Shown here: piece after piece, positions 59,425 to 64,000 of the stretch
How the letters are laid out: every line of letters begins with the position of its first letter
How positions within the stretch are numbered: position 1 is the stretch's first letter
Source of the DNA: Dehalococcoidia bacterium
Lineage (GTDB): Bacteria; Chloroflexota; Dehalococcoidia; Lucifugimonadales; UBA3495
Length of the DNA stretch: 64,000 nt
Reading direction: 5' to 3'
Assembly (NCBI GenBank): GCA_030740155.1
Contig: JASLXV010000032.1
Span: forward strand, 64,001-128,000
The notes under the pieces: model-generated
Told to the model about the DNA's origin: nothing
What the model saw: the letters and a program-made list of their open reading frames with translations, nothing else
The model's database searches: none
Position numbers and translations under genes: made by a program

Positions 59425-60435
59425 TCAGCCGGGCCCCCAAACCTTTTCAAATAGCTTGAGCCAGTTCCCGCCCAGTACCTTGGTCACATCTTCCGTCCGG
59501 TACCCTCTTTTGAGCAGCGCTCCCGCGACGTTTGACAGCTTGTCCGGCGTCTCCATGCCCTGGGGATGGACCATGGGATCGGGGTAGGTAACCGGGCGCT
59601 CCCGGAACTTGGTCCCTTGTTGGGCGTACAACCAGCGGAAGAACGCCGCCGGTTGGTCCTGGGTATAGTCAGTTCCAATCCCCACGTGATCAATGCCAAC
59701 CCTCTCGACCAGGTCGTCGATGGCGTCGACGTAGTCCTCAAGGGTAGACTCGAAGGTCTTGGGAAGGAAGGGCGGGAACGCGTTGGCGCCGATGACGCCT
59801 CCCCGCTCCGCGATCAGCTTCAGGGCGTCATCGGTCTTGTTGCGCACGTGCTTGTAGAAGCTCCGGGCGTTGGAATGGGTGCAGGACACGGGCTTTTCCG
59901 ACCGCTCGGCGGCGTCGAGGGTAGTGCGGTCTCCCACGTGAGACAGGTCGATCAGGATGCCCAAGCGGTTCATTTCCTTGACGGCGTCCAACCCGAAATT
60001 GCTCAGGCCGTCGTCGGTGCGTTCCAGGCAACCGTTGCCCAGCAGGTTGCGCTCGTTGTAGGTAATCTGGATTATCCTCACGCCCAGGGCGTGAAACAGG
60101 GCAAGCCGGTTCAGGTCATTCCCGATGGGCGAGGTATTCTGCCACCCCAATATGACGCCGGTCTTGCCTTCCTTCTTCGCCCGGGTGATGTCCTCCACCG
60201 ACTTCGCCTGGAGGAGAACATCGCCGTACTCTTCGAAACGGTGTATCCAGGCCGTGATGTTGTCCATCGTCTCCTGGAAGCCTTCCCAAACGGCGCAGGT
60301 GGCATTGATGGCGGTGACGGCGCCGGCGTGCAGGCTGCGGTAAACGGCTGGGCTGTCCCATTGGCTCACGTTCAGCCCGTCGATGACGATCGCCTCGTCG
60401 TAGGTTCGCTGCGCGGATTCGGCTTTCTCCATCAC
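59425..60435 (-). CDS. Membrane dipeptidase (peptidase M19) family protein
   Basis: GVRIIQITYN, IDLSH, THSN, H.RNK.D, GIDHVGIGTD, LGGNW. Confidence 0.9.
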   Translation of the reverse strand: MMEKAESAQRTYDEAIVIDGLNVSQWDSPAVYRSLHAGAVTAINATCAVWEGFQETMDNITAWIHRFEEYGDVLLQAKSVEDITRAKKEGKTGVILGWQNTSPIGNDLNRLALFHALGVRIIQITYNERNLLGNGCLERTDDGLSNFGLDAVKEMNRLGILIDLSHVGDRTTLDAAERSEKPVSCTHSNARSFYKHVRNKTDDALKLIAERGGVIGANAFPPFLPKTFESTLEDYVDAIDDLVERVGIDHVGIGTDYTQDQPAAFFRWLYAQQGTKFRERPVTYPDPMVHPQGMETPDKLSNVAGALLKRGYRTEDVTKVLGGNWLKLFEKVWGPG

Positions 60436-60944
60436 TGGCGCTCCTTGCCAAAGAGTGTTCCGCCATCGCGGGCGCCGCCAGATATCACTCGGGGAATAGC
60501 CCGCGGGCTGAAGCTGGGACTTTCAGGTTGGTTCAGGGGTGCGGCACCGGTTTTGGATGGACTGGTTGAGCAGAATGGGGGCGAATCCCGGCATCTTGGC
60601 GCCGGGACCCGCGGGTCCCATGCTAACCTCATGCAAGTGCTTTGGCAACAAGGTGTCCCGGGCGCTGCGCTCAAGCGGTATCAGGGCGCTATTGGGCAAA
60701 TCAGAGGCTGGTGTCGTGAAGTAGCGGCGGATTTCAAAACGGCCTGACACCTCTGGTGGTGCTCCTTGAGACCGGGCGGCCTGAAGACCGCAAGGCCGGA
60801 CCGCCTTTCAGTCAATCTGGAGTGTCGATGTCTCGGCCGGTCCTTTCTAGCGAAGTCCACCCAAAAGGGCAGGTCAGGGTGCGGACCTCCCCGGTACCGG
60901 CCCGGGCAGCGTCACGTCCGGATGGCGCCCGCGGGCGGTGAGGC

Positions 60945-61373
60945 CTACCGCCGCGGCTTGCCCCGCAGCAAAGGCTCCATGGTGCGAATCAACTCCGATA
61001 CTTTGCAGGAGACCTCGACCAGGAAGTCGTCATCAAGAGGTTGCAACGGTAGGGTCTCGTGGACCCGGGTCCAGCCCCGGCCCCATTCCTCGAATTCCAT
61101 GCCGGCTCCCAGCGAGGACTGGATGTCCTCCCGGTGCCGGCTCAGCAGCTCCAGGTGGCGCAGGTTACTCTCGGTTGCGCCCTCGAAGTGGAGCCCCAAC
61201 TCCACCTGCCCCCTTCGCTTCTGGACCCACACTTCGTAGTGGACGGTGGGGTTTTGGTAGTGAAGCTTTATCAGGGTTGTCGACGGGCCGGTTACGTCGA
61301 ACCCGCTCAGCCCCGGTGGCAGTTGCTGGCGGATCAGGTCAGCCAGGGTTTCAAGGAACTCTCTGGTTTTCAC
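60945..61373 (-). CDS. Hypothetical protein (possibly DUF4268-like)
   Basis: GTG follows AAGGAGG; HYEVW, ELGLHFE, EEW..GWTR. Confidence 0.6.
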   Translation of the reverse strand: MKTREFLETLADLIRQQLPPGLSGFDVTGPSTTLIKLHYQNPTVHYEVWVQKRRGQVELGLHFEGATESNLRHLELLSRHREDIQSSLGAGMEFEEWGRGWTRVHETLPLQPLDDDFLVEVSCKVSELIRTMEPLLRGKPRR

Positions 61374-61467
61374 GTCGAGTGGCCAGCCTCCCTTAAAACA
61401 CCGGGCCGGAAAACACCGGGCCGGAGAATGCCGGGCCGGGCAGATTGGACCGGGCAACCGGCACCGC

Positions 61468-62091
61468 TCACCGGGCCGCCGCGCCCCAATGGTCATACGA
61501 GCTGACCTCGGAGAGGGGCTTGCGCTGCGCCGGGCCGAAGGAGCCAAGGGGATAGCCCAGGGGAATGCAATAGACGACCTGGACCGTGCTGGGAATCCCG
61601 AACAGCCCGTGCACCCGCTCTTCCACCTGGGGGTGCAGCGTGGTGATGGTTCCCCCGATTCCCAGTGCCCGTGCCGCCAGGAGCAGGTTCTGGGCCGCCG
61701 GAATGGTGGAACCCGCGGGTCCCGGCCCTCGGCTGGTGGCGCACAGCAGGACGATGACCGGGGCTGCTCCGATCTCGTTGGAAAGCCTCATGGCCGATCT
61801 CTTCGAATTCTTGCCCGGCGGAATATCCTCGGGGCCGTTGATCCCCTCGTCCTTTCGCTTGGCCCACCACGCCTCGCGATAGAGGACGCCCAGCTGGGCC
61901 CGCAGGTCCGGGTCTCTCACCACCAGGAAATGCCACGGCTGGGTGTTGCTCCCGCTCGGGGCCCTGGTTGCCGCCTCAAGAATGTCCTGTAGGTCGGCAT
62001 CGGAGATCGGGACGGCCCTCATGCGCCGGATCGCTCGTTGCGTGAATATGGCTTCCCCCAACGGCATTGATAGGCGGCTCGCCGTGGTCAT
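61468..62091 (-). CDS. Nitroreductase family protein
   Basis: RAIRR, RAPSGSNTQPWHF, AAQNLLLAARALGIG, IPLGYP. Confidence 0.92.
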   Translation of the reverse strand: MTTASRLSMPLGEAIFTQRAIRRMRAVPISDADLQDILEAATRAPSGSNTQPWHFLVVRDPDLRAQLGVLYREAWWAKRKDEGINGPEDIPPGKNSKRSAMRLSNEIGAAPVIVLLCATSRGPGPAGSTIPAAQNLLLAARALGIGGTITTLHPQVEERVHGLFGIPSTVQVVYCIPLGYPLGSFGPAQRKPLSEVSSYDHWGAAAR

Positions 62092-62353
62092 GTTCTGTCC
62101 TCCTAGCTTGGTGCGGGAATACTCCCGCTATGGCTTCGGCCCAGCCGGGTCCGCCGGGTCCGGTCGATGCCCGTGACGCTCAAAGTGTAATTCGGCCCCC
62201 GCTCCCGGTCAACGGCGGCGGAAAGACCGGCCGGGTTGACGGGGCCGGCCCGTGGGAACAGCCCTTGACAGGGACAAATGAGGCGCTCTACCCTAGCTTA
62301 ACCGGGCGGCGCCACGGACCGGGCCGGCCCGTAGGTTAGGTAGGAGGGCGACC

Positions 62354-62914
62354 ATGAAGGTGTTGCTGCCGAACACCACGTTCCTCAACGACATTACCAA
62401 GATGGCTCCCAGGCCTTCTTCGTTGAACGAGAAGGTTGTGGGATTTCTGGATGGGTGGGGTTGCCGCCGTGAGGACGGCACCTTCGGGATGTACCCGCTC
62501 ATGGAGGAGATGCGCCAATTGCTGGAGGAGCGGTACGAGTTGGGGGGCCACATCTGGTTCCACAAACCGAACATCTCCAAGGTGGCGCCTCCGGAGCAGA
62601 TGCAGGCCCTGATCGAACAGGCCGACGTGATAATCAACGGGCAGTGCGCTTGAGGCTCTTGCACTTCGGCGTCCGTGCGCGACGCCATCGATCTGGAGCA
62701 GCAAGGCAAGCCCACCGTCACCGTTACCCACGACAAGTTCGAGCGGGCCGCCCGGGCCCATGCCAAGAGCTTGGGAATGCCGGACCTTAATCTCTTGATC
62801 GAACCGGCCCCCAAGGGGGGCAACATCTCCACCGATGTCAGGGACATCGCCGAGGCCAACCTGGACCTGGTCATCCGGGCGTTGACATCGTCGGAAGAAA
62901 GCGAGATCCAGTAG
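62354..62914 (+). CDS. UGSC-family selenoprotein (186 aa, Sec at codon 100)
   Basis: ORFs 62354-62653 and 62675-62914 share a frame across one TGA (62651-62653): ..INGQCA-U-GSCTSASVRDAIDLEQQGKPTV..F..AA..LGMP; AGGAGG RBS. Confidence 0.9.
62668..62686 (+). promoter_or_regulatory. SECIS-like hairpin
   Basis: GGCGTC-CGTGCGC-GACGCC; stem starts 14 nt after UGA, G at loop position 2. Confidence 0.6.
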
Positions 62915-62942
62915 ACTTGACTCTTCACCGGGACTTTCACTG

Positions 62943-64000
62943 ATGGCTGAGCGCTATTCGTCGCCCGCCGCGGACATCACCGACTACTGGGAGTTCTTCG
63001 AGCTGGCCCTGAGCCGGGGCTGGACCGACGGCCTGCCCGTCTGTCTTCCGACGGAGGACCGGGTCGGCGCCGCCATCGAGTACCTGGGCCGCGACCCCCA
63101 GGAATCCCTCGGCGTCATCGAGCCCCAAAAGGGGGTCGCCACCGTCGAGCAGGTGGCCATCAACTGCGTAATGGCCGGGTGCACCCCCCAGATGGCGCCG
63201 GTGGTCATCACCGCCATCGAGGCCATGCTGGAGCCGGAGTTCAGCCTCCACGGCGTCCAATCAACCACCAACCCTTGCGCCCCCCTGGTCATCGTCAACG
63301 GTCCCATTGCCCGCGACCTGGGATTCAACGTCCAAGAGGGGGCCTTCGGGGGCGGGTCCCACGCCAACGCAGCCATCGGCCGGGCGGTTCGTCTGGTGCT
63401 GTGGAACATCGGCGGCGGCATTCCGGGGATCACGGACATGTGCACCCAAGGCAGCCCAGCCAAATTCGCATTCTGCGTGGCGGAGAACGAAGCGGCCAGC
63501 CCCTGGACACTGCTGCATGAAGAGCGGGCCGGCCTGGACCGGGACCAGAACGCGGTGACGGTCTTCGCCTGCCAGGCCCCGGACCCCGTGTTCGTGCCGG
63601 GCAACACGGACCGCATCCTGAAGCTGCTGGCCTACTCCCTGCCCACGGTGGGCATCAACATGTTCCACACGGCGGGACAATACCTGATATCGTTCAGCGG
63701 CAAGGTGGCCCAGGAGTTGGACCGGGGCGGCTACTCCAAGGAAGCCCTGAAGGAGTGGCTCTGGAAGTACGCCGGGTACAACGTGGGGTGGCTGAAGCGC
63801 AGCGGGATATTGGAGGAGGGGGAGGGCCACATGTACTACTGGGGCCATGGCGTGGCGGACCCGCCCAACCTGTCCAATCTCCCTGACGATGCGATCGTCC
63901 CCATGGTGGAGACGCCGCAGGACATCCACATCGCCGTGGTGGGAGGCGAGTCCCAGTGGTGGGCCGGCCTCTCCGCCGGGTGGGGGTCCTACGGCGGGTA
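62943..64000 (+). CDS. Uncharacterised 'GWTDGLP' protein, partner of the UGSC selenoprotein; truncated by window end
   Basis: Open from ATG 62943 to 64000 (352 codons): GWTDGLPV.LPT..RV, ATVEQVAINCVMAGC, VQSTT, VNGP, ANAAIGRAVRL...NIGG, D..TQGSP.K, AENE..SPW, I.VVGG. Confidence 0.85.
   Translation, partial: MAERYSSPAADITDYWEFFELALSRGWTDGLPVCLPTEDRVGAAIEYLGRDPQESLGVIEPQKGVATVEQVAINCVMAGCTPQMAPVVITAIEAMLEPEFSLHGVQSTTNPCAPLVIVNGPIARDLGFNVQEGAFGGGSHANAAIGRAVRLVLWNIGGGIPGITDMCTQGSPAKFAFCVAENEAASPWTLLHEERAGLDRDQNAVTVFACQAPDPVFVPGNTDRILKLLAYSLPTVGINMFHTAGQYLISFSGKVAQELDRGGYSKEALKEWLWKYAGYNVGWLKRSGILEEGEGHMYYWGHGVADPPNLSNLPDDAIVPMVETPQDIHIAVVGGESQWWAGLSAGWGSYGG

Noticed and set aside
60436..60944. 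Riboswitch or small gene upstream of the dipeptidase
   Set aside because: No known aptamer motif recognised, and the short ORFs lack protein-like features.
61396..61440. 15-bp tandem repeat aaacaccgggccgga (~3 copies)
   Set aside because: Short intergenic minisatellite with no evidence of function.

Overview
High-GC bacterial chromosome segment, probably Chloroflexota (Dehalococcoidia/SAR202-like). The taxon is inferred from the gene content (Alternative Complex III with an auracyanin-type domain, expanded catabolic paralogue families). About 58 genes are recognisable: sat, nadE, a ROK kinase, an E1 alpha/beta pair, many hydrolases and oxidoreductases, three MFS transporters, two AtuA/DUF4387 pairs, a cytochrome c maturation cluster, and a complete Alternative Complex III (ACIII) operon. 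I found no rRNA, tRNA, CRISPR array or intact mobile element. Several real genes are missing or broken in the supplied ORF track: (1) two selenoprotein genes with in-frame UGA and SECIS-like hairpins, a UxxC peroxiredoxin-like gene (49290-49793) and a CAUGSC 'UGSC-family' gene (62354-62914) followed by an uncharacterised GWTDGLP partner that runs off the window; (2) two tandem desulforedoxin-type mini-genes (CxxC-x15-CC) downstream of sat; (3) two frameshifted genes. The most striking architecture is ACIII subunit ActE fused through a Pro/Thr linker to an auracyanin-like blue-copper domain. An accessory-looking stretch (~11.3-23.2 kb) carries gene remnants and a duplicated ~155-bp promoter module. 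Many REP-like palindromes lie in intergenic spaces. All family assignments come from motif recognition by eye, not from database searches.
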